A stretch of 64,000 nt of DNA from an uncultured Planctomycetota bacterium (lineage in GTDB: Bacteria > Planctomycetota > Planctomycetia > Isosphaerales > Isosphaeraceae), in contig CAWJTV010000027.1 in the NCBI GenBank assembly GCA_963845755.1, positions 1-64,000 on the forward strand. Direction: 5' to 3'. Made by a program: the position numbers and the translations under genes. Each line of letters begins with the position of its first letter. Within the stretch, counting starts at the first letter, position 1. Below the pieces are notes generated by a model. It did no database searches. It worked only from the letters and a program-made list of their open reading frames with translations, and was not told where the DNA came from. This document shows, in pieces, positions 21,856-33,307 of the stretch.

Positions 21856-22185
21856 ATGTCTCGCCGTATCGGGCTGCCGAAACCTTCGTGTTCCCTCGAG
21901 GGCATTCCCCGGAGAACTTCAGGGATCATCGATTCCCTGGGCTCCCATTCCTCCTGGCGATGGGGCGGATTCAAGCTCTTGACGGGCCTGGCCGTCGCCG
22001 GCGGGTTCCTGATCGCCGGTTGCTCCTCGGAGGTCGGATCGACTCCCTCCGCGAAAGAACAAGTCCGATCGGCGCTGGCGAACGAACTGGAGAAGTCGTC
22101 GCAGCCGCAGCAGAAGGGGAGAGGGAAGGGCCGCCCATCCCCCAAGAGCATCAAAACGAAACTGCTAGATGTAAAGGATGAATGA
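21856..22185 (+). CDS. Small lipoprotein preceding DUF1559 gene 3 (start uncertain)
   Basis: Hydrophobic stretch ending LIAGC; tail with PKSIK. Confidence 0.65.
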   Translation: MSRRIGLPKPSCSLEGIPRRTSGIIDSLGSHSSWRWGGFKLLTGLAVAGGFLIAGCSSEVGSTPSAKEQVRSALANELEKSSQPQQKGRGKGRPSPKSIKTKLLDVKDE

Positions 22186-22446
22186 GGCCAACTAGAGCGC
22201 CTGGCACAGGGTTGCACACCCAATAGACTTCATCAGTAATCAGGATTTCCCTGCGATTCTCCCGGTCTTTATTCGGGACAAATTTCTTAATACTGATCAG
22301 GTCTAATGAGGGCAGTGGGCATCGGGTGAGTATCAGGCGTCTGCAGCCCAAGCGTGAGTCGCGCCAGTGGCCACCTGTCAATCGGTCTTGCAGGATCCGC
22401 TATCGTTGTCGTTTTTTCCGTGCTTCCTTCTACCAAGGAGACCCTC

Positions 22447-23570
22447 ATGAGACGTCGTGGCTATCACCTGAGCGCCCGTCGTGCGTTCACATTGATCGAA
22501 TTGCTGGTCGTCATCGCCATCATCGCCGTGCTCATCGCCCTTCTGTTGCCGGCCGTGCAGGCGGCCCGCGAGGCGGCCCGCCGCGCCCAGTGCACCAACA
22601 ATCTCAAGCAGATCGTCCTGGCGGCCCACAATTACGTGAGCGCCATGAATGTCTTCCCCCAGGGCATCCAGTTCCAGGCCAACCCCGAAGCGGCCGGCAA
22701 TTGTTACACCAGCAACAGCTTCCTCGTTGCCCTGTCGCAGTATTTCGAACAGGGGTCCCTCTTCAACGCGACCAACTTCTCGGTCAACATGTACACCGCG
22801 CAGAATACCACCATCTCGGGAACAGGAATCAGTATGCTCTGGTGCCCGAGTGATTCGGTCATCACGGGGTTGACCTACACGTATCCCGCAGGCACCGTGT
22901 GCTCCACCGCGCTGCCCATGAAGTACAGCTCCTACGCCGGCTGCTCGGGCCAGTTCATGGAGTTTTACGTCCCGGGCAACGCATTCAATGGCAACGCGAG
23001 CCCCTACGTCTGCACGATCACAACCACCCCCCCGAGCAGACGAACAACGGGATCATCTTCGTCTTCAGCAACGTGTCGATCGCGAGCATCACGGACGGGA
23101 CGAGCAATACCATGTTTGCCTCGGAGCGTGCCCACGGCAAGTTCAATTCGGGTGATATCTACTGCTGGAACTGGTGGACATCCGGCAACTACGGCGACAC
23201 CATCTATTCGACGCGTTACCCGATGAACCCCTTCAACAAGGTCCTGCAATGGTGCTGCCAGGACGGTGGTCCTGATGCCTATGTCGCCTCGGCGTCGAGC
23301 TTCCATCCGGCGGGGGCGAATTTCGCGTTCTGCGATGGATCCGTCAAATTCCTCAAGGATTCGATCAGCAGTTGGCAGACCCAATCCGGAGCCCTGACGG
23401 CGATCGATGTGATCAACGGCGGCGCGCTCTCGGGGGCCGGCTGGCCCGTGGGTGTTTCGCGAAACAGCAGCACTCTCCAATTCACCTTCACCCCCGGAAT
23501 GCAGATCGGCGTCTACCAGGCGCTTTCCAGCCGCAATGGTGGTGAGGTGATCAGCTCGGATCAGTATTAA
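22447..23570 (+). CDS. DUF1559 / prepilin-type / H-X9-DG protein 3 (frameshift near 23030)
   Basis: [59 protein letters not shown]. Confidence 0.92.
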
Positions 23571-23628
23571 TCCGGGGCACAAATCCCGCTGGCCATCTCG
23601 CCAGCAGGATCCCGCTGGACAACCGCTG

Positions 23629-23658
23629 CGAGAGCCAAGGCCCCGGTCTTGGCTCTCG
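23629..23658 (+). terminator. Hairpin after DUF1559 gene 3
   Basis: CGAGAGCCAAGG-CCCCGG-TCTTGGCTCTCG, followed by a T-rich tract. Confidence 0.6.
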
Positions 23659-23799
23659 TCGTTTCTTCCCACGTGGAATCCGTCTGCGACCCCTCCCGTC
23701 TCACCCCCGTCTTCGCCCATCGAGCACCACCAACTCTCCCTCTCCCTACACTCATGCCGGGCCGACCGGCTCGATCAAGCCTCGTCGCGCCGCTCAAAA

Positions 23800-23842
23800 T
23801 ACGAAGCTCTTCGTTGACATCTACGAAGTGCTTCGTAATAAT
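23800..23842 (+). promoter_or_regulatory. BlaI-type twin operators overlapping a sigma70 promoter
   Basis: TACGAAGCTCTTCGTT (23800-23815) and TACGAAGTGCTTCGTA (23822-23837); TTGACA at 23814-23819; TAATAAT at 23836-23842. Confidence 0.8.
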
Positions 23843-23882
23843 GCGGGAACCTGGTGATTTCTGAAGAGGGGGGTGGATTGCT

Positions 23883-24285
23883 GTGTCGAAGCGCGAGATT
23901 CCCCGGCCGACTGATGCGGAGCTGGCCATCCTGCGCGTGCTCTGGCAGGAAGGACCGGCGACGGTGCGACAGGTGCGGGACGTGCTGGAGCGGACCCAGC
24001 CGACCGGTTACACGACCGTGCTGAAGCTACTCCAGATCATGACGGAGAAGGGGCTGGTGACTCGGGACGAGTCGCGGCGGACGCACGTCTATCGGGCCAG
24101 CCGGAGCGAGGAACAGACGCAGCGGCACCTGGTCGGCGACCTGGCGCGTGCGCGCCTTCGGCGGCTCGGCATTGAAGCTGGCGATGCAGGCGCTGGCGAG
24201 CCGCAAGGCGACGGCCGGGGAGCTGGCGGAGATCCGGAAGCTGATCGAGACTCTCGAACAGGAACAGGAGGGAGGCGACTCGTGA
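23883..24285 (+). CDS. BlaI/MecI/CopY-family transcriptional repressor (frameshift near 24145)
   Basis: PTDAELAILRVLWQEGPATVRQV...YTTVLKLLQIMTEKGLV; C-terminus ELAEIRKLIE...GGDS*; GTGA overlap with the next gene. Confidence 0.9.
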
Positions 24286-27200
24286 CGGCCCTGACGATCG
24301 GGCTCGGCCGGGAGCTGGTCGAGCGATTGGGGTGGTGTCTGGTCCACTCGGTCTGGCAGTTGGCGGCCGTGGGATCGATCGCGGTCATCGTCCTGCGCGG
24401 GCTGCGCCGAGGATCGGCCGAGGCCCGCTATCTCGCCGGGTGCGCAGGCCATGGCGGCGATGGCGGTGCTGCCCGCGTTGACATTCGCGACGATCCGTGT
24501 TCCCCGCGACGCCCCATCGACGGTTCGCGTGGCGGCGCGCCCGTCGACAACGGACGTTCGGTCGAGCGCCAGGGAGCCGTCTCCGACAGAGGAGGATCCC
24601 CGGCGATCGCCGGGCGACGAAGCCTCCGTCAGAAGACAGACGGATTCCCGGGCGTCATCTCCAATGACCTGGGACGAGACGTTCCGGCCCTGGCTGCCGG
24701 GCCTGGTAATCGGATGGGGCCTGGTGGTGTTCGGGCTGTCGTTGCGTCTGGTTGGCGGCTGGCTCTGTATTCAGTGGTTGGTCCGGCACCGGACGCGCCC
24801 CGCCCCCGAGTGTTGGGTCGAGGTCCTGGATCGGCTCGAGAGGCGGCTGGGGATGAGGGGCGCGGTGAGGCTGGTGGAATCGGCCCGGGTGCACGTGCCG
24901 ATGGCCGTGGGCTGGCTTCGCCCGGCGATCCTGCTGCCGGTCACCGCCGTGACGGGATTATCCTCCGATCAGCTCGAAGCCATCCTGGCTCACGAGCTGG
25001 CGCACATTCGCCGGCACGACTACCTCGTCAACCTGATCCAGAACGTGTTGGAGACGTTGTTATTCTATCACCCGGCGGTCTGGTGGATCTCGGGCCGGAT
25101 CCGGGTGGAGCGCGAGCACTGCTGCGACGACCAGGCGGTCGCGGTCTGCGGCGATCGCGTGTTGTATGCGAAGGCCCTGACGGCGCTGGAAGAGCAGGGG
25201 GGATCGACCTGGCGGCTGGCGGCTTCGGCGCGAGACGGGTCGCTACTGGCTCGGGTGCGTCGGCTACTGGGGGTGCCGGCCCCGGCCGAGCAGCCGGCCG
25301 GCGGCCTGGCCGGTACGCTGGCAATGGCAGCGGTGGTGCTGTTCGGGATCATCTCCTTCCTGGCACCGACGACGAACCGGGTGAATGCCGCCGTCGAGGA
25401 CGCCGAGGCGATTGTCGGCAGCGTGGTCACGACCGACGCCCGGCCCGTGGCCGAGGCCGATGTCTGGCTGGTGGCTCACGATCTGTCCACCAACAAGGCG
25501 ATCATTCTGAGCAAGGCGCGGACGGACGGCGATGGCCGCTTCCGATTAGTCGCGATCGATCCACGATACCCCACGAAGCACCTGAACCGACGAGCGATCT
25601 GGGTTTACAAGACCGGGTTTTCACTGGCGACGATCGTCGCGCACGACAACCACACGCTCCTCGCCTTCGATCCTGGCCAGCCCGTCTCACTGACGTTGTC
25701 AAAGCCCGCCACGGCGTCATTCCGCGTCCGGGATCCCCAGGACAAACCGGTCTCGGGCGCCGAGGTGACCTTGAGGGGGATCGACGGAGGGTTCACCACC
25801 GCGCCTGAAGAACTGGCTGCCCGGTTCATGGTCCAGACCGATCGCGAGGGCCGCGCGACCCTGAACGGTGTCTCGCTCGACCGGATCAATGGAATTCGGG
25901 TCGTCACACCGTCGTTCGGGATCCAGGACTTCCACGCCCCCAACGGACTCAAGGCGGATGCGGCGCTTCGGCTCCGCGCCGCGGTTCCCGTCGAGGGGCG
26001 GGTGACGGCCGATGACCCCGCCGCTACCCGAAATCGGACCGTACATTTCTCGGTCGCTCCCGCTCGAGAATTCGACACCACAAAACTCCTCCCGAGTGGT
26101 GAGGCCCTGGTGGTGACGGACGATCAGGGACGATTCCGGATCCCCGCGCTGGCGATCGGGTCCGCATATGCCCTGGTCTTGATGCCGGAAGATTCGTGGT
26201 ATCGGGCGCCTCGGATCGTGGACCAGGAAATCTCTCAGGGAGGTCGAGTGGATCTCACGATACCACTCAAACGAATGGTTCGCGTCCGGGGTGCGATCCG
26301 GGAGAAAGGGACAGCCAGGCCTGTCGCGGGCCTCGGCATCATGTTCGGCTCGCGGGACGTGTCGGAACTACTGCCGATGGCGATTACCGACGCGGAAGGC
26401 CGCTACGCAGCGATCGCGCCGCCCGGGGAGCACTCCTATTTCTATCTGAGTGATTCGAACGGCTACCTCACGCCACTACGAGGCTATCTCGGACCGGCCG
26501 GGGGCAACCAAGTGGCGATCGGCCCCACCGACGGCCAGACCTTGCCGGTGATCGAGCTCGACCGCGGCGTGACACTCCGGGGCTCCATCGTCGACGAGTC
26601 CGGGCAGCCGGTACGTGGTGCCAAGGTCGAGGGCAAATGGACCCAACTCGGCGAGCCGTTCAAAGCCGCGAACGGCGAGACCGGGCGGTTTGCCTCCAAC
26701 CATACCGTGACCGCGACTTCCAATGATCTGGGCGAATTCCTTCTCCAGGGGATTCATCCCGGTGCCAACATGCTCCTCGAAGCCAGCCTGGAGAATGCCC
26801 GCACCGACCGGCCCCAGCCGGCCGCCGCGGGAGCGGACACCCCGGTCAAGCTGGTCATCAGCGGGGCGAACACGGTCGCCTTGATCGGCCACGTGGTCGA
26901 TTCGGCTGGCAAGCCGGTGGCCGGGGCCCTGGTCCAGGTCCGCTCGCGGCCGTTGAAGGATGACGGCCATCCGGACCCCAACCCGATCCCGTTCGACGGG
27001 GGCGAGGTCCGTACCGGCCGCGACGGCCGGTTCCGGACCCCCCGCGAGCTCAAGCGCGGTTACGGCTATCGGGCGGAGGTCAAGCCCGAGGATTCGTCGC
27101 TGATGCCGGATCACACCCCTTGGCTGGCCTTCAAGGCGGACACCCGGCCGTTCTTCCCGAAGGTGGTCCTGAGGCGGCTGCGGACCGTCCATGGCCGCGT

Positions 27201-28900
27201 GATCGATTCGACGGGCAAGCCCGTCGCCGGTGCGTCGGTGCGGCAGGCCGGCGATGGGCCGGCCTGGACCGAGACCCTCACCGGCGACGACGGCCGCTTC
27301 GCACTGCCCGGCGTCCTGGCCGAGCCGGCGTTCGTCTTCGTGGCGAAGCCGGGCTATCGGTTCCAGGGCCGGGCTATCGGTGCGGACGACACGACGGTGG
27401 AAGTCGCTCTCGCGCGGAATGACGATCCGCTCCCCCAGCCGCTCGCAACGTTGCCTTCGCCGCTCGATCGGGCCGCGGAACGGGTCATCCTCCACAAGGT
27501 CTTCGATGCGTATATCGAACGCACGATCAAGGACGGGACAGCCAACGCGCGGTACGATGTCCTGCGCGTGCTGACCGAGCTCGACCCCGGGCGAGCCATC
27601 GAACTGCTCGGCGACGAGCGGCTCGACGCCTGGCAGCCCGACAGCTTTCGGCTCGACCTGGCGAAGCACCTGATCCGTGAGGATTATGAGGAGGCGCACG
27701 ACTTGATCGCGGCGATCAAGGACACGAACGTGCGATCGCATGCCTATTCCGAGGCCAGCGTCGCCTTGCCCGAATCGGAGCGATCCCGGAAGCTTGCGTT
27801 ACTCAACGAGTCGCTGGTCGCAGGCCGGGCCGTCGCCGATCCGGCCGAGCGCGTCCTCCGGCTGGCCGACATCGGCGAGCGGTTCTTCGACCTCGGGCAG
27901 ACCGAGGAGGCAACCCGGCTTTTCCGCGACGGGCAGGCGATCGCCGCCAAGCTCCCCACCCAGGGCACGACCGCCTGGGCGCGCGGGAAGCTCGCCGAGG
28001 AGATGGCGCCCATCGACATCCCCGCCGCATTGGGCCTGCTCAAAGGCGTCGAGGAAGAACGGGAATACGGGCAGTACCTCGGTCATATCGCTCACGAACT
28101 GGCGGGACGCAATCCCGCCGAGGCCGAGCGCATCCTCATGATGTCGCCCGACGCCTGGCCGAACTTCCGCGACAACTATACCCAGCGCGTCTGCTACCGG
28201 ATGGCGGGCGTCGACCTGGAGCGGGCGCGGAAGCTGGCCTCGGGGATGAAGGACTATCGCCACAAGGCCCGCGCCCTGGGTGCCATGGCCTTGATGCTGG
28301 TGAAAGCCAGGCAGGACCAGGCCGCGCCGAGCCGGCTACTCGACGCGGCGTTCGCGATGCTCGACGAAGCCGTTGCCTCCCACCAGGACGACTGGAACGG
28401 CCTGGGCATGGCCTGCACGGCCGCGGCCGGGCTCTTACCCATCATCGAGCAGGTCGATGCCCGGCGCACTCCCCGAGTTCCTCTGGCGAACCCTGGCGCT
28501 ACGGCCGCCGATCCCCGGCCCGAATGGTCGCGACGGCATCTCGGATCTGGCCGCGACCCAGGTGGCCGCCATGGCCGTACGCTACGACCGGGCAATCGGC
28601 CGCCAGGTGTTCCACAGCTTCGCCGACCGGGCCCTGGCCGACCGGATCGGCCTCGAGGAATGGGGGTCGATGTTCCGGGGCGATTCGCTCTTCGAGGCGG
28701 CGGCCGTCGTCGACCCGGCGCGGGCCGCCGAGATGATCGCGACCCTCCCCGACGCAGCCGACTCTCCGACGGGTCACGGCCTCAAGGACACCGCGCGGTC
28801 GGCCGTTGCCCGGATCCTGACGCCCCAGGGAGACGATCGCTGGCGCGCCGTGGAGTGGTACTTGCTCCACCTCTGGCGCATCGACTCGGAAGACTATTGA
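24282..28900 (+). CDS. BlaR1-like M56 peptidase with carboxypeptidase-regulatory-like repeats and helical C-terminus (frameshifts near 24445 and 28468)
   Basis: LGWCLVHSVWQ, PMAVGWLRPAILLP, AILAHELAHIRRHD, FYHPAVWW, REHCCDD; repeated G.V.D..G.PV.GA.V / TD..GRF motifs. Confidence 0.9.
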
Positions 28901-28942
28901 AGTCTTCCTCCGTAGGATCCCTGCGCCGTGCGCGCATCTGGG

Positions 28943-29021
28943 GATTCCGAATTCCGGACTCGAGATTCCCGATTCTCGAATCCTTCCCCATCTTGAATCG
29001 GGAATCTCGAATCTTGAATCC
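28943..29021. repeat. Inverted short-period (GATTCC / GAATC) repeat between convergent genes
   Basis: GATTCCGAATTCCGGACTCGAGATTCCCGATTC ... GAATCGGGAATCTCGAATCTTGAATC; can form a hairpin. Confidence 0.6.
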
Positions 29022-29113
29022 CTCTTGAGTTGCGGCCGAAGGCCGCGTTGGGAGATGACGGAGCCGGCGATCAAAGCGGCTGGATTCCAGCAAGGCCAAC
29101 CCGTGATCGCCGA

Positions 29114-32100
29114 CTATTCTGCGAATGGCTCGGCCGGGAACGCCAGGTCCATCATCAACGGCCGGAAGTCGGGCCGGTCGCGGAGCGAGTCGAGGGCCGA
29201 TTCGGTCCGGTAAGCGTTGAGGTTGCGGTAGCCCATCGCGACCGCCTGGCGCAATACGGCCATCGCCTTTTCGGATTGGTCCGCCCCCTCCGCGGCGGAC
29301 TCCCCCGAGCCCGGTCGGCCCGCCAGGCCCGCCAGGGCCGCGTGGCAACAGGCCCAGAGAAACGTCAGCTCGGGACCGTGGGGCTTGGTCCCGTCGAAGT
29401 GCGCGCACGCCCGTTTCCACGCGTCGGCGGCGCCGGCCGGGTCTTTCATGTCGCATCGCACCTGCCCGAGTCGCAGGTACGTCTCGCCGAGCGTCGCACG
29501 GTACAGCGGAAGCTCCGGATGCGCCTCGACCAGAGGCGCACGCAACGCCAGGGCGCGCTCGCATGCGGCGAGCGCCTCGTCGAGCCTCCCCGATCGACGG
29601 AGCACATCCGCCGTCATGGTCTGGCAGTTCGCCAGTGAATTCCTGGCATCGGGAGTTGACGAGCTGGACTCGGCGAGCTTCTGACGGATGGCCTCTTCTC
29701 GCGCGTAGGCGCCGATCGCCTCGTCCATCTTCCCGGCCTGCGCGAGCTGCGAACCGAGATTGAGCAGGCTGTCCGCCAGTTCCCCCTGAAATCGAGGGAT
29801 GGCGGGGTAGTCGTCGGTCAAACTCTGCCGGAGCACCAGGGCCCTGCCGTACTCGGCCGCCGCTTCCGATGACTCGCCCGTATCCCACAGCAGGTAGCCG
29901 ACGTTGAAGTGGCTGTACGCCAGGAAGCTGCGGAATTCGGGGACAGCGGGGTTGGCGTCGACCAGCTCCTGATAGAGTGCGAGCGCCTTGCGGAACTCGG
30001 CCTTCGCCTCCGCCACCTTGCCCGTCTGATGCAACAGCCGGCCGAAGCCGTTGAAGCTGAGTCCCAGGCGGTGGCGGAAGTCGGTGAGGGTGGGATTGTC
30101 GTCGGCCAGCTTCTGGAGGATCGCCTGCGCCTTGCGGTACTCGGCCGTCGCTTCCGATGACTCGCCCATGTGCGACAGCAGGAAGGCGAGGTTGTTGTGG
30201 CTGAGCGCCAGGCGGCTGTGGAGATCGGTGACCGCAGGGTAGTCGTCGGTCAGCTTCTGGAGGATCGCCAGCGCCTTGCGATACTCGGCCGCCGCTTCCG
30301 ACGACTCGCCTGTATTCGACAACAGCCAGCCGAGGTTGTGGTGGGTGCTCGACAGGACACTGCGAAAGTCGATGACGCCCGGGTTGTCGTCGGCCAGCTC
30401 TTGCTGGATCGCCATCGCCTTGCGGTACTCGGTTTCCGCCGCCGCCGACCGGCCCGTATTCGACAGCAGGACGCCGAGGTTGTTGTGACTGATCGCCAGG
30501 GCGGCGCGGAATTCGGTGACGGCTAGGTTGTCGTCGGCCAGCTTTTGTTGGATCGCCACCGCCTCGTGGTACTCGGCCTCCGCCGCCGAGGTTTGGCCCG
30601 TGAGCGACAGCAGATCGGCAACCCCCATGATCGTGGCCGCCAGGTCCCGCCGGGACTCGGCCGTCGCCCCGGAGGCGCCGGCCAGCGCCTCCTGGTCCGC
30701 ACGCACCTGGCGAAAGACCGAGAGCGCTTCATCGTTGCGGCCTGTCCTGCGGAGGAGAAAGCCGAGATGTCTCCGGCAGTCAGCCAGGACGGCCCGCGCC
30801 GCGGCCCCCGCGATCGTCGGGGTCGGCTCGTCCAGCAGGGTCTCGGCCTTGCGGAAGGTCTCCTCCGCCTCCTTGGTCTGGCCGGTCGTCTCGAGCAAAT
30901 GGCCGACGGCGATCAGGCTGCGAGCCAGGTCGGCCTTGAGGTCCGGGTCGCCCGGGGTTTCGGCCGTCAATGCCTCGCGGGCGGCGAGGACCTGCCGGTG
31001 GGCCACCAGCGCGTCCTCCGGCTTGCCGACCTTGCCCGTCAGCTCGGCCACCTCGTAATTCGCCCGCCACAAGGCGCGTCGCGACGCCAGGTCCGACTCC
31101 TTGCCCAGCAGACGACCCAGCTTGCCGTAGAAGTCGCTGGCCGACGTCAGCAGCCGGTCGCGGGCGTCCTTGAACTGGTCCTGCTTGAGGAGAAAGTCTT
31201 CGCTGACGCCCGTGTGAAACGTCCGGATCGCCTCGACGGCCAGATCGTACCGGGCCTGGACAGCGGCCCGGGATCGGGTCAGGTCGGCCTTGGCTTGGGT
31301 CTGCACGACCAGCACGGCCGAGAGCCCGACCACCCCGGCCACCAGGGCCACGGCCGCGGCCGCCATCGCGGTACGATTCTTCCGCGCCCATCGGCGCGCC
31401 CGACGTGTCGGCGGCTCGCGCCAGGCCGTGACCGGCTCGTCGGCCATCCACCGCTCCAGGTCGTCGGCCAGCGCCTGGCAGCAGGCATAGCGGTCGTCGG
31501 GCCGGTGGGCCATGGCTCGCAGGCAGATCGCCTCCAGCGCCGGGTCGATGCTCGGCTCGAGCTGGCGCGGCGGGCGGAACTCGCCCCGCCGCACGGCGTC
31601 GATGACCTCGGTCGGCTTGCCTGCGAACGGCGGCGTGCCGGTCAGTAGACAGTAGAGCGTCGCACCCAGGCTGTACACATCCGACCTGGGACCCAGGAGG
31701 TCCAGTTCGCCGCGCGCCTGTTCCGGGCTCATATAGGCCGGCGTGCCCATCGTACTGCCCGGCAGCGTCTCGGCCGAACCGCTCGACGAGGAAAGGGTGA
31801 GGATATGCTCGCCGTCCTCTCGGCCCGGCTCGACCCGGCCCAAAGACTTGGCCAGGCCCCAGTCGACCACCAGGGTCTCACCGTACTTGCCGACGATGAT
31901 GTTCCCCGGCTTGACGTCCCGATGCAGCACGCCGCGGCTGTGCGCATATTCGATGGTGTTGCAGACGTCGAGGAACCGCCGCAACAACCGGCGCAGTTCC
32001 AGTTCCCGGTTCTGGCGGTCGGAAGTCACATCCGCGTGGTCCTGGTCCGGCGTGGCGTCGGAAGACAGGACCGTCGCCGCGTCGGAACCGGCCACGCGGT

Positions 32101-32809
32101 CGCCCCCCACGACCGGCGCGTGGAACCGATCGATCGCCTCCCTGAGGCTGCCCCCCTTGATGAACCGCATCGCGTAGTACGGCCGACCCCCGTCGTAGGT
32201 CCCCAGCCCGTAGACGGGGACGATCCCCGGATGCTCCAGCCCGCCGGTGATCTCGGCTTCGGCCAGGAACCGCCTGCGACTCACCGGGTCGGCGGCGTAG
32301 TGGTCCTGCATCTGCTTGAGGGCCACCTCGCGATTCAGCTCGGCATCGAGCGCCACGAAGACTTCGCCGATGCCGCCCCTGGCGTGGCGCCGCAGGACGC
32401 GGAATCGCGGCCCGTCCTGGCAGGAGGCGGTGTTATCGCCGCCATCAAGGCCTCCCTCGCCAGGGACGGTCGATCCGATCGTAACGACCGAAGCGAAGGC
32501 GTCGGTCACTTCGGGGTCGCCGAGCCGATCGATCCGCTCACGGGCCGTGGGGGTCTCGATCAGCATGGCCAGGCACTTCTCGGCGTCGCCGCCGTGCCGG
32601 TTGATGTACTCGCCGGAAAGCGACTCGACCAGCTCGCGCTGCGCGGCGGTCAGGGCACCTTGAGCGACGAGGTGTTGGGCCAGGGTTCGGCCCGGTTCGC
32701 GGGCCTGGGCCCGCAGCGCGGCGGGGATGACCGTCGGCGCGACCAGGTCGTTGTGGAGGGCGATCAGGCCGAAGAGCAAGTCGGTGGGGGCATCGCCGAG
32801 TCGATTCAT
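29114..32809 (-). CDS. Hanks-type Ser/Thr protein kinase with TPR repeats
   Basis: HARGGIGEV, VALK, HRDVKPGN, DWGLAK, GTPAYMSPEQ, SDVYSLG; TM segment; long TPR array; start MNRLGDAPTDLLFG. Confidence 0.95.
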   Translation of the reverse strand: MNRLGDAPTDLLFGLIALHNDLVAPTVIPAALRAQAREPGRTLAQHLVAQGALTAAQRELVESLSGEYINRHGGDAEKCLAMLIETPTARERIDRLGDPEVTDAFASVVTIGSTVPGEGGLDGGDNTASCQDGPRFRVLRRHARGGIGEVFVALDAELNREVALKQMQDHYAADPVSRRRFLAEAEITGGLEHPGIVPVYGLGTYDGGRPYYAMRFIKGGSLREAIDRFHAPVVGGDRVAGSDAATVLSSDATPDQDHADVTSDRQNRELELRRLLRRFLDVCNTIEYAHSRGVLHRDVKPGNIIVGKYGETLVVDWGLAKSLGRVEPGREDGEHILTLSSSSGSAETLPGSTMGTPAYMSPEQARGELDLLGPRSDVYSLGATLYCLLTGTPPFAGKPTEVIDAVRRGEFRPPRQLEPSIDPALEAICLRAMAHRPDDRYACCQALADDLERWMADEPVTAWREPPTRRARRWARKNRTAMAAAAVALVAGVVGLSAVLVVQTQAKADLTRSRAAVQARYDLAVEAIRTFHTGVSEDFLLKQDQFKDARDRLLTSASDFYGKLGRLLGKESDLASRRALWRANYEVAELTGKVGKPEDALVAHRQVLAAREALTAETPGDPDLKADLARSLIAVGHLLETTGQTKEAEETFRKAETLLDEPTPTIAGAAARAVLADCRRHLGFLLRRTGRNDEALSVFRQVRADQEALAGASGATAESRRDLAATIMGVADLLSLTGQTSAAEAEYHEAVAIQQKLADDNLAVTEFRAALAISHNNLGVLLSNTGRSAAAETEYRKAMAIQQELADDNPGVIDFRSVLSSTHHNLGWLLSNTGESSEAAAEYRKALAILQKLTDDYPAVTDLHSRLALSHNNLAFLLSHMGESSEATAEYRKAQAILQKLADDNPTLTDFRHRLGLSFNGFGRLLHQTGKVAEAKAEFRKALALYQELVDANPAVPEFRSFLAYSHFNVGYLLWDTGESSEAAAEYGRALVLRQSLTDDYPAIPRFQGELADSLLNLGSQLAQAGKMDEAIGAYAREEAIRQKLAESSSSTPDARNSLANCQTMTADVLRRSGRLDEALAACERALALRAPLVEAHPELPLYRATLGETYLRLGQVRCDMKDPAGAADAWKRACAHFDGTKPHGPELTFLWACCHAALAGLAGRPGSGESAAEGADQSEKAMAVLRQAVAMGYRNLNAYRTESALDSLRDRPDFRPLMMDLAFPAEPFAE

Positions 32810-32861
32810 GGTCTCTCCCGATCCGGTCCCGACGCGCGGCCGCCGGGCGCCCGGGCGACAT

Positions 32862-33031
32862 TCAAGGCCCGTCGAGTCGCTTGATCTCTTCGCGAACGAA
32901 TTCCAGGACGCGGCTCTTGGCCTTGAAGACGGTCGCACGGCTCATCCCGAGCCGCTCCGCCACGACATCCCCGGAGAGCCCCTCGTCGGCCGTCAGCATA
33001 CCGTGGTAGAAGGATCGTCTCCGCCTTCCAT
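32862..33031 (-). pseudogene. Internally deleted ECF sigma factor
   Basis: MEGGDDPSTT joined out of frame to LTADEGLSGDVVAERLGMSRATVFKAKSRVLEFVREEIKRLDGP* (sigma region-4 HTH); directly upstream of the kinase. Confidence 0.75.
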
Positions 33032-33247
33032 GATAATCAGGATCCCTCGGTCACGGCTACGACCTCGTTGTACGAGCACGCATGGACTCCGGTCGGCCGT
33101 GGAGCGACGGCCCGAGGGGATCCGCCCTCGGCCGTGAAATCCCCATAGTTAATCTGCTTGACTTGACTCCCTCCGAAAAATTTTCCGAAGGTCGAGTCAG
33201 ATCTGCCTTCCGGGACCCGTAGCATCTGATGAGCCGAGCGGCTCGGG

Positions 33248-33307
33248 GATGAGCAAGTTTCAGGACCACACATTGTGGATGAGCAAGTTTCAGGACCACA
33301 CATTGTG
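33248..33307. repeat. Perfect 30-bp tandem duplication
   Basis: GATGAGCAAGTTTCAGGACCACACATTGTG at 33248-33277 and 33278-33307. Confidence 0.9.

Noticed and set aside
23883..25808. BlaI-M56 fusion ORF
   Set aside because: Frameshift artefact; BlaI ends at 24285, overlapping the M56 GTG start.
33248..33307. 30-bp repeat as a mini-CRISPR or attachment site
   Set aside because: The copies are directly adjacent with no spacer, and there is no integrase or cas gene nearby.
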